Numbered from the stretch's first letter, positions 1-10,705 are shown. The stretch: DNA of 64,000 bases from an uncultured Candidatus Saccharibacteria bacterium (GCA_964627085.1 CAZVIP010000003.1:19689-83688); one strand, 5' to 3'. Made by a program: numbers and translations. Notes: generated from the sequence alone by a model not told the origin.

Positions 1-686
1 CTACTGACAGCATCAACGAAGGGTTCTATCTCTATCCCATCATGACCACCATCAGGGTCATCTCCACAGAGCAAGACACGCTGGACAGTGCCGCGGTAAT
101 CCTGCAGTTTAGAGACAAGACAATCTGGATCATCACCAATTTGCGAGAGTGCCTCGCGATTTACTTGCAAGACAAACTCAGGCAACTTCCCTTGCACCCT
201 CTCTTTTACATCTTGGATACTCGCCGGTGTCGGCCACTCAGTATTAAGTTGCAACATGTCGAGGTTGGGGCCAGCAAGTTCCATTGCTTTTGCAATTTCC
301 TTAGCAGAAATTTTGTATTCTGTATAGTTGAAGATGAGACACCGACGGAGATGAATTTCAAACTCCCTCGGATACAGTCTCGTAAACATCTTTTGAACAC
401 ATTCCTGACTCGGATAGCGACCACCAGCTGGTTCCTCAGCGACGGTCTCAGGGCCGCAATTAATGCCGACAACAAACTTACTTCGCGAGCCATGTTTGCG
501 CTCACTGTAATATTGCCTGACGGCATCCTGCATCTGGCTTGTGCAAGTGAGGCCAGCAACATAAATTACCGGGCTTGGCTTTTTAGACTTTTCTGGACTC
601 ATGACTTTGTTTCTTTCTATTTTGGTTTTGGGCTTCAGCGTTCTGCTTGGTCCAATTTTGGATTGTGTATTGGTTTTGGTCGGCAT
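1..686 (-). CDS. Partial (runs off left edge) hypothetical protein, possibly TrpF/PRAI-like TIM-barrel family; not in ORF track
   Basis: Manual translation of the minus frame from ATG 686 (or ATG 602) is open to the edge: MSPEKSKKPSPVIYVAGLT...LAGPNLDMLQLNTEWPTPASIQ...FVLQVNREALSQIG...VQRVLL. A TTGACA-type promoter lies upstream on the minus strand (~725-754). Family call is from memory. Confidence 0.6.
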   Translation of the reverse strand, partial: MPTKTNTQSKIGPSRTLKPKTKIERNKVMSPEKSKKPSPVIYVAGLTCTSQMQDAVRQYYSERKHGSRSKFVVGINCGPETVAEEPAGGRYPSQECVQKMFTRLYPREFEIHLRRCLIFNYTEYKISAKEIAKAMELAGPNLDMLQLNTEWPTPASIQDVKERVQGKLPEFVLQVNREALSQIGDDPDCLVSKLQDYRGTVQRVLLCGDDPDGGHDGIEIEPFVDAVS

Positions 687-826
687 CACGGTATTGTTTT
701 GCCTTAGAACTTATTCTCTGGATTAAAGAGTACCCCCTATCCATAACTTGTCAATTGTGTTGTTGTCCAAACTGACAGTGATTCTATTCAGGCAAAATTG
801 ATACCAACCACACTTTCTTTTATGCT

Positions 827-855
827 TTGACAAAGCCTAAATACAGTGCTATAAT
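827..855 (+). promoter_or_regulatory. sigma70 promoter (TTGACA-17-TATAAT, extended -10 TG)
   Basis: TTGACA 827-832, TG 847-848, TATAAT 850-855, upstream of the 953 CDS. Confidence 0.8.
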
Positions 856-952
856 ATACAAGCACCCCGTTTCGACATACCGTCGACAGGAAGACGTGCA
901 CTGAACCCGCCAATGCATAAAAACTACACGCAAAGGCAAACCCACACAGAAA

Positions 953-1741
953 ATGAAGCTCATTCAAATTGGAACCCTCCTCGGAGTGCTCCTCTGCAAT
1001 ACCACCACAATCACTGCTGCCGATGACTCAAAAGTCCCGGTAGCTGAAGTCCAACACATCGATTCGGTGTCCACTACCGGCCACTTGTCCTTGTCCAGCA
1101 AATACCTGTCCTTCGGGTCGGGTATCGAGCTGACAGACAAACCCGTCCTGCAAGGTGACATTACCTTGAACTTCAATAAAACCGGTCTCTACGCCCTCGT
1201 CTGGGCATCCACCAGTTTCGATTCCAGTTACAGGAAGAGCAGCTCCGGCAATATCGATTTCGGCAATGAGATCAACTTGGGTGTCGGCTGGTCTGGGCAA
1301 GTGCTCGGACTCGCCACCAATGCAGGTATCACATACTTCGATGAGCCACTGCTTGGCCGAGAGGGTGCGGGAGATATCCTCTATACGCACCTTAAGCTCG
1401 GAAAGGTTCTTGGAGCAGGATACACCCTCTCCGCTTCCTTTGAGAACTACTGGGCATTGCCTGGTAGCTCAGTCGGAGGTGGAAACCTTTACGGTCTTGA
1501 ACTCTCGAACAGCTGGCACCTTGCTAGCAAGCTAACCCTGCTTGCAACCACCGCCCTTGTTTACGATGATGGAGGCTTTGGAGCCGGAAGCGGGCTACTC
1601 ATCCGTGGCGCGACAACCCTGAGCTATCAGCTCACTGATAACCTGTCGATCGACGGTGGCACCAGGTTCTACCTGCCCACCATGTCGGACTATCGCAGCC
1701 CAGACGCAACCTTCTTTATTGGCGCTTCGAAGAAATTCTAG
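953..1741 (+). CDS. Exported beta-barrel protein, TorF/Gcw_chp-like putative porin
   Basis: Signal peptide; S-x-Y...G...TDKPVLQG, GLYALVWAS and EINLGVGW segments; alternating amphipathic strands rich in G/Y/W; C-terminal Phe. Confidence 0.6.
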   Translation: MKLIQIGTLLGVLLCNTTTITAADDSKVPVAEVQHIDSVSTTGHLSLSSKYLSFGSGIELTDKPVLQGDITLNFNKTGLYALVWASTSFDSSYRKSSSGNIDFGNEINLGVGWSGQVLGLATNAGITYFDEPLLGREGAGDILYTHLKLGKVLGAGYTLSASFENYWALPGSSVGGGNLYGLELSNSWHLASKLTLLATTALVYDDGGFGAGSGLLIRGATTLSYQLTDNLSIDGGTRFYLPTMSDYRSPDATFFIGASKKF

Positions 1742-1785
1742 CCGACAGACAAGAAGGTGTCTTGCGCAACAAGACACAACATCGC

Positions 1786-1815
1786 ACGGCGCGCCCAGAT
1801 GGGCGCGCCGTTTTC
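1786..1815 (+). terminator. Rho-independent terminator
   Basis: ACGGCGCGCCC-AGAT-GGGCGCGCCGT followed by T-run. Confidence 0.85.
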
Positions 1816-2046
1816 AATTTTTAAATATTTGACAAAATATGATTACTGTATTACTTTATTGGAAAGTTCTTTGGAAACACGTGCGTTTACAGCCTTAAAT
1901 ACTGGAAAGATACATAAGAGCTTTTACCCTTTTTTCCGTTTTTTATTATTTATTATTTCGAATATTTAAGGCTGTAAACCACATTCAATATGGATAGTGG
2001 TAGAAATTCAGCACCACAACAAAAACACTAGAAAGAAACCGGGCTC

Positions 2047-2868
2047 ATGCCTCCGAAAACCAAACAACAGAGACTATCTTCAACTGGCATCCTCTTTCGC
2101 ATAAGCGATACGAACCCAGTGAAAAATGATCCGATCATGCAAGTCGCCTTCGGCGAGACGGTGCTCGGGACACTTACCCCTGATTGCCAAAAATACTGGG
2201 CACGGATCACTGTCGTCGGAACAAAAATCGATGAAATGACACAACGGGTCAATGACCTAACCCAGGAATTCGGGACCGCAAATGAAAAAAGTATCCTTAT
2301 CAACGGCACCACTTTGCCCGTTGAGACCGCAGTTGCCTTCCGGGCAACCCTGGCTATCATCATCGCCTGTGCGAACAAACACTTGGTGGAGTTCCGGACT
2401 CTCTGGAACTTCTTCCACACACTCGTTGAAATCGATTTCCTCGAACTGGAGGATTGTGTTCGCAATGGAAAACAATATGGTATCCGCACCGGGTATAAGG
2501 TTATTGTCCGAGACGACGATTTGCGAGGAGATGCCGACAACGCTTTTAAGCGTTTTCACAGAGCGGTGGAGCTCGCAAGAGGGCTGTTTCGTGGAGTCAA
2601 CTGTCTCGCACTTCAAACATGTGACAGAGATGCTGCAAATCACTACATTGGTATGCTTTTCTTCAAGAAAGACGATGAAGGAGGTGAGGGAGACAACAAC
2701 CCTCCTGCCCAACTCGAAGATGGCAATACCGAAGGTGGTGCAAAAGCCCCGCAGTCAACTGAGTCCTCTGCGAGCAATTCGGTAACGGCCAAGCCACTGA
2801 AGGCCAAGAAAGCGGCGAAGAAGAAGCGTGCCAAAAAGAAATCAGCACGCAAAACCACCCTCGACTAA
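2047..2868 (+). CDS. Hypothetical protein with acidic linker and histone-like Lys/Ala-rich C-terminal tail
   Basis: 273-aa ORF with own promoter (TTGACA 1829) and terminator (~2899-2940); tail KPLKAKKAAKKKRAKKKSARK. Confidence 0.7.
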   Translation: MPPKTKQQRLSSTGILFRISDTNPVKNDPIMQVAFGETVLGTLTPDCQKYWARITVVGTKIDEMTQRVNDLTQEFGTANEKSILINGTTLPVETAVAFRATLAIIIACANKHLVEFRTLWNFFHTLVEIDFLELEDCVRNGKQYGIRTGYKVIVRDDDLRGDADNAFKRFHRAVELARGLFRGVNCLALQTCDRDAANHYIGMLFFKKDDEGGEGDNNPPAQLEDGNTEGGAKAPQSTESSASNSVTAKPLKAKKAAKKKRAKKKSARKTTLD

Positions 2869-3127
2869 ACCCACCAATCAACCACTAACCATATTGAAGA
2901 CCGCCCCTTTGCATTCGTGCGAAGTGGCGGTTTTCTTTTGATTCCCCTTTGATTACATAGGTACAAAACTTGAAACAAAGCCGTATTCAGGTCAATAGCT
3001 TGACGTGGGGTCATAAAAAATGTTATAGAAAAGTGTGGATGAAGAATTCTCTTTATCCAATATTGCACTGCGAAGAGCTCCTATACTCAAATCAGGCAAT
3101 ATCAGTACAACAATCAAAGACACAGAA

Positions 3128-3880
3128 ATGACCGTAACTCAGTTAGACAAGACAAATTTGCGTAGCGCACTCAATCGCTTCGCGAATGCAACCTCGCTGT
3201 TAATTCAGCAATTAGTTCTTTTGTTCGCAATCAGCTTGGGACTTTATTCCCTTTCCGTAGGCACATTGTATGCAGGAGAAGACCATGTCCATGAGGCAAC
3301 CTCAGTCGCGAGAACCGTGGCAAAGATTGCACCAGAGACCATTCCTACAGCCCATGATCGGATCGAAAAGGAAACAAATTCCCAATCCACGCCCGTTAAA
3401 GTTAAATCACCCGAGACAATTTTTGCTCGGAGCACAAGCTATAACAAAGACGAAAAAAAGTCAGACGAAGACACTCGTGCTGACAAAACCTCAACTGAGG
3501 TTGATATTTTCGATTTGAAAGAGCTTGGCTTGGGCACCGTCGCAGTCGATCCAAAAGTAATCCCATACGGGAGTGCAATCATTGCACCAGATAACACTAT
3601 CTGTATCGCAGTCGACACCGGTGGAGATGTCAAAAAAAGAAGGGCCTCAAAAGAACGCGCCGAAGCAATCGGACTTCGCCCATCGAGCAAAGAATACCGA
3701 GCACCAGTGCTCGACTTCTACAGCTATAAGCAAATGGGTAAAGAATGGGATAATTTCAGATTTATTCGCTATGAGGGCAAAACTCCTTTTCAGGAGCTAA
3801 CTTCGAGCGAGAAAAATGAATATCTCGAAACATTGTCCAAAATACTTGGTCTCAATTCCCTGCTCGCTAGCTCAAGCTAG
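3128..3880 (+). CDS. Membrane-anchored 3D-domain protein (peptidoglycan lytic transglycosylase-like)
   Basis: TM segment then VAVDPKVIPYGS, AVDTGG and VLDFY (three Asp of the 3D domain); ATG 3128 preferred to GTG 3035. Confidence 0.8.
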   Translation: MTVTQLDKTNLRSALNRFANATSLLIQQLVLLFAISLGLYSLSVGTLYAGEDHVHEATSVARTVAKIAPETIPTAHDRIEKETNSQSTPVKVKSPETIFARSTSYNKDEKKSDEDTRADKTSTEVDIFDLKELGLGTVAVDPKVIPYGSAIIAPDNTICIAVDTGGDVKKRRASKERAEAIGLRPSSKEYRAPVLDFYSYKQMGKEWDNFRFIRYEGKTPFQELTSSEKNEYLETLSKILGLNSLLASSS

Positions 3881-3916
3881 TTGCATTAGGAAAAAGCAAG
3901 TGAAGTAAAAAACATG

Positions 3917-3953
3917 TCTGTGTGGTGCCCCTTGGGCGCCACACAGATTTTTT
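3917..3953. terminator. Bidirectional terminator between convergent genes
   Basis: TCTGTGTGGTGCCC-CTT-GGGCGCCACACAGA flanked by A and T runs. Confidence 0.8.
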
Positions 3954-3956
3954 ATT

Positions 3957-5213
3957 TTATTTTTTTACGATATACGCATCAATGACTTCATTGTCTACAT
4001 TTTTAAAATAACAGAGAGCTGTGTCTTTTTTACCTTCATAATTAAATGCACAAAACATTGATCCGTATTTTGCACCTTGGCTTGATGTATACACAGTAGA
4101 CCACCACGGACTTGTATATGTCTGCGGTCTGATACTCTTGCCACCTAGACCTGATACCGTAACAAATGATTTGCCTTTTTCTAGGTGTATTTCATCAACA
4201 AGACTTGAACCAGAAACACCAGCGGGATCTGACGCTGACCCTAAGCGAACCATATTTTTTGGAGATATAATTTGCTTTTCAAAACTATCCATCAAATAAG
4301 TTCGTGAATATGAATGTTCATGTCCGGTGACAATAGGAAAACCAAGGGCTCGACAAGCTTCATATGTTTGCCAGCCTGCCTCGTCAGGTTTGCTTCCAGC
4401 CTGCATAAGATGTTGATTTTTGTGCCAAACACAGAAGTTCCATGTTGCTGACAAATCTTTCATTGAAGACGCTGAAGATGTAATATAGTTTGCAAAATTC
4501 TCTTTGGTCTCTTTGATTGAATCAATACCTGGTGCCGTAATGTACATATGTAAATCACGGAACGTGCACGTTGATTTAATCGCTGTTTCCCCCGTACATT
4601 TGACTGATGGTGTATTTTTTTGATGGGAAGAAATTAACTGACTATACCCTTTCCATTCTTTTTCATCATGATTTCCAATAACTGCAATGAGTGGAAAATC
4701 TTTTCCAAGGACATTTGTGAACATGCTATACCATAAATTTGGATTATCAATATAATCATAATCCCCGAGCAGAGCGAGCGCATCTGCATTTTCATTTTTG
4801 ATGAGTTTAAGTACATCTGTGGTATTTGTATCAGCACCTTGGTCACCGACAAAAGCTACAATATATGTACTTTTGTTCATTGCTTTGATTTTAGCCGCGT
4901 CGATACTTAGATTTGAAATTGTTTTTTCTTTGTCAGGGCTAATTGAGGCCTGATTTGATGTATCTACAGCAACTTGAGTGTCATCGTCCGTCGCAGGATT
5001 ATTGACTTGTCCTTCATTCATACCCTGGCTTGTACCGAGACCACTATTTGCGCCGGTTTGCTTATCATATAAATCTTTTTGTTTTGTAGAGCGGTCGATA
5101 ATACTATCGAATTCTTTTGAGCTCTTTTGCGTATACCAATATACACCTCCGAGTGCACCTGCGATGAGGAGCAAAATAATCATCATTGCGATTACCGTTT
5201 TTTGCATGTTCAT
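3957..5213 (-). CDS. Membrane-anchored calcineurin-like metallophosphoesterase
   Basis: GDQG, GDYDY, GNHD and GHEHSYSR motifs; N-terminal TM. Start revised to ATG 5213 to avoid overlap with tsaD. Confidence 0.85.
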   Translation of the reverse strand: MNMQKTVIAMMIILLLIAGALGGVYWYTQKSSKEFDSIIDRSTKQKDLYDKQTGANSGLGTSQGMNEGQVNNPATDDDTQVAVDTSNQASISPDKEKTISNLSIDAAKIKAMNKSTYIVAFVGDQGADTNTTDVLKLIKNENADALALLGDYDYIDNPNLWYSMFTNVLGKDFPLIAVIGNHDEKEWKGYSQLISSHQKNTPSVKCTGETAIKSTCTFRDLHMYITAPGIDSIKETKENFANYITSSASSMKDLSATWNFCVWHKNQHLMQAGSKPDEAGWQTYEACRALGFPIVTGHEHSYSRTYLMDSFEKQIISPKNMVRLGSASDPAGVSGSSLVDEIHLEKGKSFVTVSGLGGKSIRPQTYTSPWWSTVYTSSQGAKYGSMFCAFNYEGKKDTALCYFKNVDNEVIDAYIVKK

Positions 5214-5246
5214 GTTATATATAGTATCACCAAAATAGATAATTTT

Positions 5247-6764
5247 ATGGATAAAAACCCACATATCCCTGTGCATACACAAACGCAAAGCTCTACACAA
5301 AACCCTGTACCGGGCACTGTACAAAATTCTGTGCATGGCCCTGTGCCAGGCATCTCGACATGCCCGAGGATTATTGCCATCGAAACCAGTTGTGATGAAA
5401 CTGCTATTTCATATATGTGTGGGCTCTCAGCGCTTTCTCATAGAGTGAATTCTCAGGCGGCACTTCACGCTGAGTTTGGGGGTGTTTTTCCTAATCTTGC
5501 AAAAAGAGAACATACAGAAAATCTAACCCCACTTCTTCGTCTTGTCCTTAGGGATGTATATCCGAACTTCCAGCCCGTAGAAATAGAGGAAACAGAAAAG
5601 AATCTAGCGATATTGGAATTGGAGAAAAAAGAATCTGACCACGGAAATATATCAGAATCAAAATCACAAACAATCAAAGAAATACTTGTACGCGAAGGAA
5701 ATCTCGGAGACAACCTAATCTCTTTTATCAATTCAATTTCTGTTGAAATTTTTGAAGAAATAAAAAGGACAACAGACGCTATCGCTGTGACTTATGGACC
5801 AGGGCTTGAGCCAGCGCTATGGGTAGGAATATCTTTTGCAAAAGCGCTCGCCGTCATTTTTGACAAACCTCTTTACCCCATCAACCACATGGAGGGACAT
5901 ATTGCTTCGGTGATTGCTGATAATTCTATGAATACAGATATTGCGACCAGTGTGGCCGCAGAAAACACAATCAAATTCCCCGCTATTGCACTTTTGATAT
6001 CTGGCGGACATACCGAGCTGGTGCAAATTAATTCATGGCATGACTATCATATACTTGGTCAAACTGTAGATGATGCCGTCGGCGAAGCATATGACAAAAC
6101 AGCCCGAATACTCGGACTTCCATATCCTGGCGGACCTGAAATTTCAAAACTCGCTGATATATTCCGTGCGAATATACAAAATACACAGAGCACAGATAAG
6201 CAAAGTAATGCCGTGCAATCAGAGACGCAAACAGAAAAGATGTTCACGCTCCCTCGCCCAATGCTCCATACAAAAGATTTTAATTTCTCTTTTTCTGGAT
6301 TAAAGACGGCAGTGCTCTATGCAGTACGTGACAAAGTGGCGGAGAAAAATACTGCTGATGTCGAAACCTCAGACGCAATAAATGCAGATAAAAAAACAAC
6401 ATTAGCTGAAGTGGAAAAAAGCGCACTCGCTTTTGAATTTGAGTCAGCGGTCATTGATGTGCTCGCACATAAAACAAAGAAAGCTATTGAATCTGTCGGC
6501 GCACAAAGTCTACTTATCGGAGGAGGCGTTATTTCAAACACAGCGATACGCGCGGCGTTTAGCGAGCTATGCGAATCGATGGATGTTGGGCTCTTTCTCC
6601 CTGAAAAAGATCTTGCGACTGATAATGCAACAATGATTGGACTAGTAGCCGTACTCCAATATATGGATGGTAAAAAAGGTCTCATGCCACAATCTGAAAA
6701 TGAAAAAGAATATGCTGAATTTTTGGCACTCAAAGCATGTGGTAATTTGGGTTTTGATTTATAG
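5247..6764 (+). CDS. tsaD: tRNA N6-threonylcarbamoyltransferase TsaD
   Basis: IETSCDET, GGVFPNLAKREH, GPGL, NHMEGH, SGGHT, DDAVGEAYDK, FSFSGLKT, TDNATMIG. Confidence 0.97.
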   Translation: MDKNPHIPVHTQTQSSTQNPVPGTVQNSVHGPVPGISTCPRIIAIETSCDETAISYMCGLSALSHRVNSQAALHAEFGGVFPNLAKREHTENLTPLLRLVLRDVYPNFQPVEIEETEKNLAILELEKKESDHGNISESKSQTIKEILVREGNLGDNLISFINSISVEIFEEIKRTTDAIAVTYGPGLEPALWVGISFAKALAVIFDKPLYPINHMEGHIASVIADNSMNTDIATSVAAENTIKFPAIALLISGGHTELVQINSWHDYHILGQTVDDAVGEAYDKTARILGLPYPGGPEISKLADIFRANIQNTQSTDKQSNAVQSETQTEKMFTLPRPMLHTKDFNFSFSGLKTAVLYAVRDKVAEKNTADVETSDAINADKKTTLAEVEKSALAFEFESAVIDVLAHKTKKAIESVGAQSLLIGGGVISNTAIRAAFSELCESMDVGLFLPEKDLATDNATMIGLVAVLQYMDGKKGLMPQSENEKEYAEFLALKACGNLGFDL

Positions 6765-6876
6765 GTGGCGGGCTAAATAATTTTTATAAAAAACAATCCA
6801 TACAAAAACCCTCAGTTACGAGAGTTTTCGTATTGAGGGTGTAGACATTAAACAACACATTCCTCTGGCTTAAAAA

Positions 6877-7104
6877 TCAGATAAAGATAACTCTCTCTTC
6901 CGTGCCGTCTTCGGATCTGATAATTAGCTGCTTTTTCTGGAGCGACGCCTTCAAAACAAAGTTTCTGAGGCTCAATCCTCTTCCGACCTCCTCGATCCTG
7001 CTCCTTGAGTCACCGATCTTGAGATTCTCATTGAGCAATCTATCGTCATGTGGGTTCAGGTCTAAATTTAACCGTTTTTTTGGTTTTTTTACTTCGCTTG
7101 CCAT
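6877..7104 (-). CDS. Small ribbon-helix-helix (CopG-like) DNA-binding protein
   Basis: KRLNLDL strand followed by two helices and a C-terminal ..IRSEDGTEERVIFI; own TTGACA promoter (~7185-7190). Confidence 0.55.
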   Translation of the reverse strand: MASEVKKPKKRLNLDLNPHDDRLLNENLKIGDSRSRIEEVGRGLSLRNFVLKASLQKKQLIIRSEDGTEERVIFI

Positions 7105-7430
7105 AACATCTATTTGGGTTTGTGGTTTTATTTTTATTTAACAGAGCTATATTTCATTGATTAAAGTAACATATATTTACCATCTGTCAACAGATAAGCG
7201 CGCGCACTCAAAATTTCTGCCATGCCACACAAATTCTTTCTGTGGAAGCAATGAACCTCTACGAACTAATTACCCTTCAAAAACCCATAAAAATCTGGTA
7301 AAATGGCGAAATAATAGGAGAAGAAAAGCAGAGATAGGCAGCACCGTAACCACATACACAGCAACCCAATCCCTACCCTGCGCAAAACCACAACCAATTA
7401 CCACCCATAATCACCCTTAATTTTTAATCA

Positions 7431-9959
7431 ATGTCCGAAAACACACAACCAACAAGACAGCCAAATATACCTGAAAAATTCCTGAAGCCATATGATCCCA
7501 TTGAGACTGAGGCTCGAATCCAAAAACTAGAACAGGCTACACCTGATACATCTATCTACAATCCGGATGTTTTGTTGAATATGGGTATTTCTGACAAGGG
7601 TGATATGGATAGCTCTAACTCTTTTTCTATAATACTTCCCCCACCGAATGTAACCGGCACACTTCACCTCGGTCACGGTCTCATGCTCACTATCCAGGAC
7701 ATTCTAGTGCGTAAAGCTCGCATGCAAGGCAAAGATACACTCTGGATACCTGGGACAGATCATGCAGCAATCGCCACACAGTCAGTAGTTGAAAAAGAAA
7801 TTTCAAAAAAAGAAGGTAAATCTCGCTATGATATTGGTCGCGAAGAAATGCTCAAACGCATCGGTGAATTTGCCACAAAAAGTCATGACACAATTGTCTC
7901 TCAAACAAGACGTATGGGTGTGTCTCTTGATTGGTCTCGAGAAGCTTTTACACTCGATGACAAAAGAAATCATGCAGTACGAACAATGTTCAAGAAAATG
8001 TTTGACGATGGACTTATCTATCGTGGATTTCGAATTGTAAACTGGGATCCAAAAGGCCAGACAACGATCGCCGACGATGAACTTGTATACAAAGAAGAAA
8101 AATCAAAATTCTATTATTTCAAGTACGGACCATTTACTATTGCGACAGCAAGACCAGAAACAAAATTCGGTGACAAATATGTGGTTATGCATCCTGATGA
8201 CGCACGTTATTCTGCATATACTCATGGACAAAAAATTACAGTCGAATGGATTAATGGTGAAATAGAAGCCACTATTATCAAAGACGATAGTATCGATATG
8301 GAATTCGGTACTGGTGTTATGACAATTACTCCATGGCATTCTGCTGTGGACTTTGCTCTTGCAGAAAAATACAGTCTCGACAAAGAACAAATTATCGATA
8401 GATACGGCAAGCTACTTCCTGTTGCTGGTGAATTTGCTGGAATGAAAATTGCAGAAGCCCGAGAAAAAATTGTAGAAAAACTACAAAGCAAAGGTCTCGT
8501 AGAAAAAATCGAAGAAAACTATATTCACAATATTGCAACTGCAGAGCGAACAGGTGGGACAATTGAACCCCAGGTCATGAATCAATGGTTCGTTGCAGTA
8601 AACAAAGAATTCACTATTCCCTATTCTGAAATCGCAGGCATTTCAAGTGGTTCAAAAACAACACTCAAAGAAATTATGCGCAAAGCTGTTGATGGCGGAC
8701 AAATTGAAATCCTTCCTGAACATTTCAACAAAACATATTTCCACTGGATCGATAACCTCAATGACTGGTGTATTTCAAGACAGATTTGGTATGGTCACCG
8801 TATTCCTGTTTGGTACCGCAGTTTGAGTGGGCAGATTTTGGAAAAAAGCGGCGAACTCCACCCTTCAAATCCAGACCTCGAGATTTATTGTGGTATTACG
8901 GACCCAAATACGAATCCGACTACTGACCAAATGGCATCTGGGGGCAATACAGCAGATACATCTATGACAAATAGCAACCCTGGACCATGGATACAAGATG
9001 AAGACACGCTCGATACATGGTTCTCTTCTGCGCTTTGGACTTTCTCTACGCAGGGATGGCCAAGTGCTGATGCATGGGACAAAATAACTCACAAAGCAAA
9101 AGCAGGTTCAGACCTTGCGAGATTCCATCCCACAAATGTGCTTGTGACTGGATATGAAATTCTTTTCTTCTGGGTTGCACGTATGGTTCTCATGACAGGA
9201 TATGAACTTGGTACTATTCCATTCAAAACTGTATATCTCACAGGTACAGTTCGCGATAGCCAGGGACGAAAAATGTCAAAATCACTCGGTAATGGTGGTG
9301 ACCCAATCGAAATGTCTGACAAATATGGCGCAGATGCACTTCGTATGTTCTATGCCATGAGTACAACTCCTGGTACTGATACCAGAATCTATGAAGACAA
9401 AATTAAAGGTTATAAACATTTCTGTAATAAGCTTTGGAATATTACTCGCTTTATCCTAAGTGCCATTGATGAAAATGAGCATGCCCGTGGTATCTCTTTT
9501 GACAAAAAATTCACTGCATGGACAGAGCTCGATAGCGTCCATATCAATGAATGGAATGAAACAAAGAAGAAAATCTCTGACCACCTCGACCGATATCGCA
9601 TCCACCTCGCAGCAGAAGAACTCTATGGTTATGCATGGCATACATTTGCGGACAAGATTTTGGAGGAAAGTAAACCAATACTCAAATCTGACTTTGCCAA
9701 AGTACGTGGTGATATTGACTCTACTGCTGACACAATAATTGAGCAAGATCAAAACGATCAAGCCGATATCACAGAACAAAAAGTATCTGCGATTTCACGC
9801 GCACAAATGCTTCTCACCATCCTTCGAGAACTTCTTCTCACTGCACATCCATTTATTCCGCATGTGACACAAGAAATTTGGTCACTCCTTCCACAAGAAA
9901 TCAGAGAAGATGCAATAACTCATGGTATGATAGCTATTGAGAAATGGCCGCTTCAATAA
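7431..9959 (+). CDS. valS: Valine--tRNA ligase (lacks C-terminal coiled-coil arm)
   Basis: PPPNVTGTLHLGH, GTDHAAIATQ, DWCISRQIWYGHRIP, DTWFSS, KMSKS. Confidence 0.98.
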   Translation: MSENTQPTRQPNIPEKFLKPYDPIETEARIQKLEQATPDTSIYNPDVLLNMGISDKGDMDSSNSFSIILPPPNVTGTLHLGHGLMLTIQDILVRKARMQGKDTLWIPGTDHAAIATQSVVEKEISKKEGKSRYDIGREEMLKRIGEFATKSHDTIVSQTRRMGVSLDWSREAFTLDDKRNHAVRTMFKKMFDDGLIYRGFRIVNWDPKGQTTIADDELVYKEEKSKFYYFKYGPFTIATARPETKFGDKYVVMHPDDARYSAYTHGQKITVEWINGEIEATIIKDDSIDMEFGTGVMTITPWHSAVDFALAEKYSLDKEQIIDRYGKLLPVAGEFAGMKIAEAREKIVEKLQSKGLVEKIEENYIHNIATAERTGGTIEPQVMNQWFVAVNKEFTIPYSEIAGISSGSKTTLKEIMRKAVDGGQIEILPEHFNKTYFHWIDNLNDWCISRQIWYGHRIPVWYRSLSGQILEKSGELHPSNPDLEIYCGITDPNTNPTTDQMASGGNTADTSMTNSNPGPWIQDEDTLDTWFSSALWTFSTQGWPSADAWDKITHKAKAGSDLARFHPTNVLVTGYEILFFWVARMVLMTGYELGTIPFKTVYLTGTVRDSQGRKMSKSLGNGGDPIEMSDKYGADALRMFYAMSTTPGTDTRIYEDKIKGYKHFCNKLWNITRFILSAIDENEHARGISFDKKFTAWTELDSVHINEWNETKKKISDHLDRYRIHLAAEELYGYAWHTFADKILEESKPILKSDFAKVRGDIDSTADTIIEQDQNDQADITEQKVSAISRAQMLLTILRELLLTAHPFIPHVTQEIWSLLPQEIREDAITHGMIAIEKWPLQ

Positions 9960-10705
9960 TTGGGCTTACCCAATCACCACTCTTTGTCATAGAAATGTTT
10001 ACATACGCCTTGCTTGGCGGTGTTTTGCCGGCACTTCTATGGATGTGGTTTTGGATGCATGAAAACTATAAGCACGATGAGCCGAAATGGATTATTGCCC
10101 TCACTTTTATTTGTGGGATGTGCGCAGTTTTTCTTGTCTATCCAGTACAAAAATTATTTCCAGACGTTGATTTTGGTTCAAGCGAACCTGGTGGTGCAAT
10201 TGGTGGACTTTCTGGACTATTTACTATTTCAGGATGGGCATTTGTGGAAGAGCTCTTTAAGTATGGAGCTGCATTTTTCTGTGCCCTTAATGTCAAAAAT
10301 GTATTCAATGAGCCAATTGATGCTTTTATCTACCTTATGACCGCTGCGCTTGGTTTTACGGCCCTAGAGAACACTTTTTACCTTCTTGCCCCACTACTCC
10401 AAGGCGACACTGTCGGAAGTATCATGACAGGTAACCTACGGTTTATGGGTGCGAGTTTGCTTCACGTCGTGGCATCAGGATCGCTTGCTATCTGTCTTGG
10501 ATTCTCTTTCTACAAATCAAAATTTGTTAAATTCCTATATTTCTTGGTTGGAATCACTATCGCTACAATAATCCATACATTATTTAATTACTTTATTATT
10601 ATCACTACCGAAGGGAGCACTTTCCTTATTTTCTCATTCGTCTGGCTCACAACTATTATTTTGATAATCACGCTCGATAGAGTGAAGACAATCAAGAAGT
10701 TCTAA
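9944..10705 (+). CDS. PrsW-family intramembrane metalloprotease
   Basis: Multi-TM; EELFK, GFTALEN, LLH and IHTLFN motifs. Confidence 0.9.
   Translation: MAASIIGLTQSPLFVIEMFTYALLGGVLPALLWMWFWMHENYKHDEPKWIIALTFICGMCAVFLVYPVQKLFPDVDFGSSEPGGAIGGLSGLFTISGWAFVEELFKYGAAFFCALNVKNVFNEPIDAFIYLMTAALGFTALENTFYLLAPLLQGDTVGSIMTGNLRFMGASLLHVVASGSLAICLGFSFYKSKFVKFLYFLVGITIATIIHTLFNYFIIITTEGSTFLIFSFVWLTTIILIITLDRVKTIKKF

Noticed and set aside
42-707. 221-aa plus-strand ORF
   Set aside because: Antisense shadow of the minus-strand gene that runs off the left edge and has its own promoter
7200-7430. T-box leader upstream of valS
   Set aside because: No GGTGGNACCGCG T-box sequence or terminator/antiterminator pair seen
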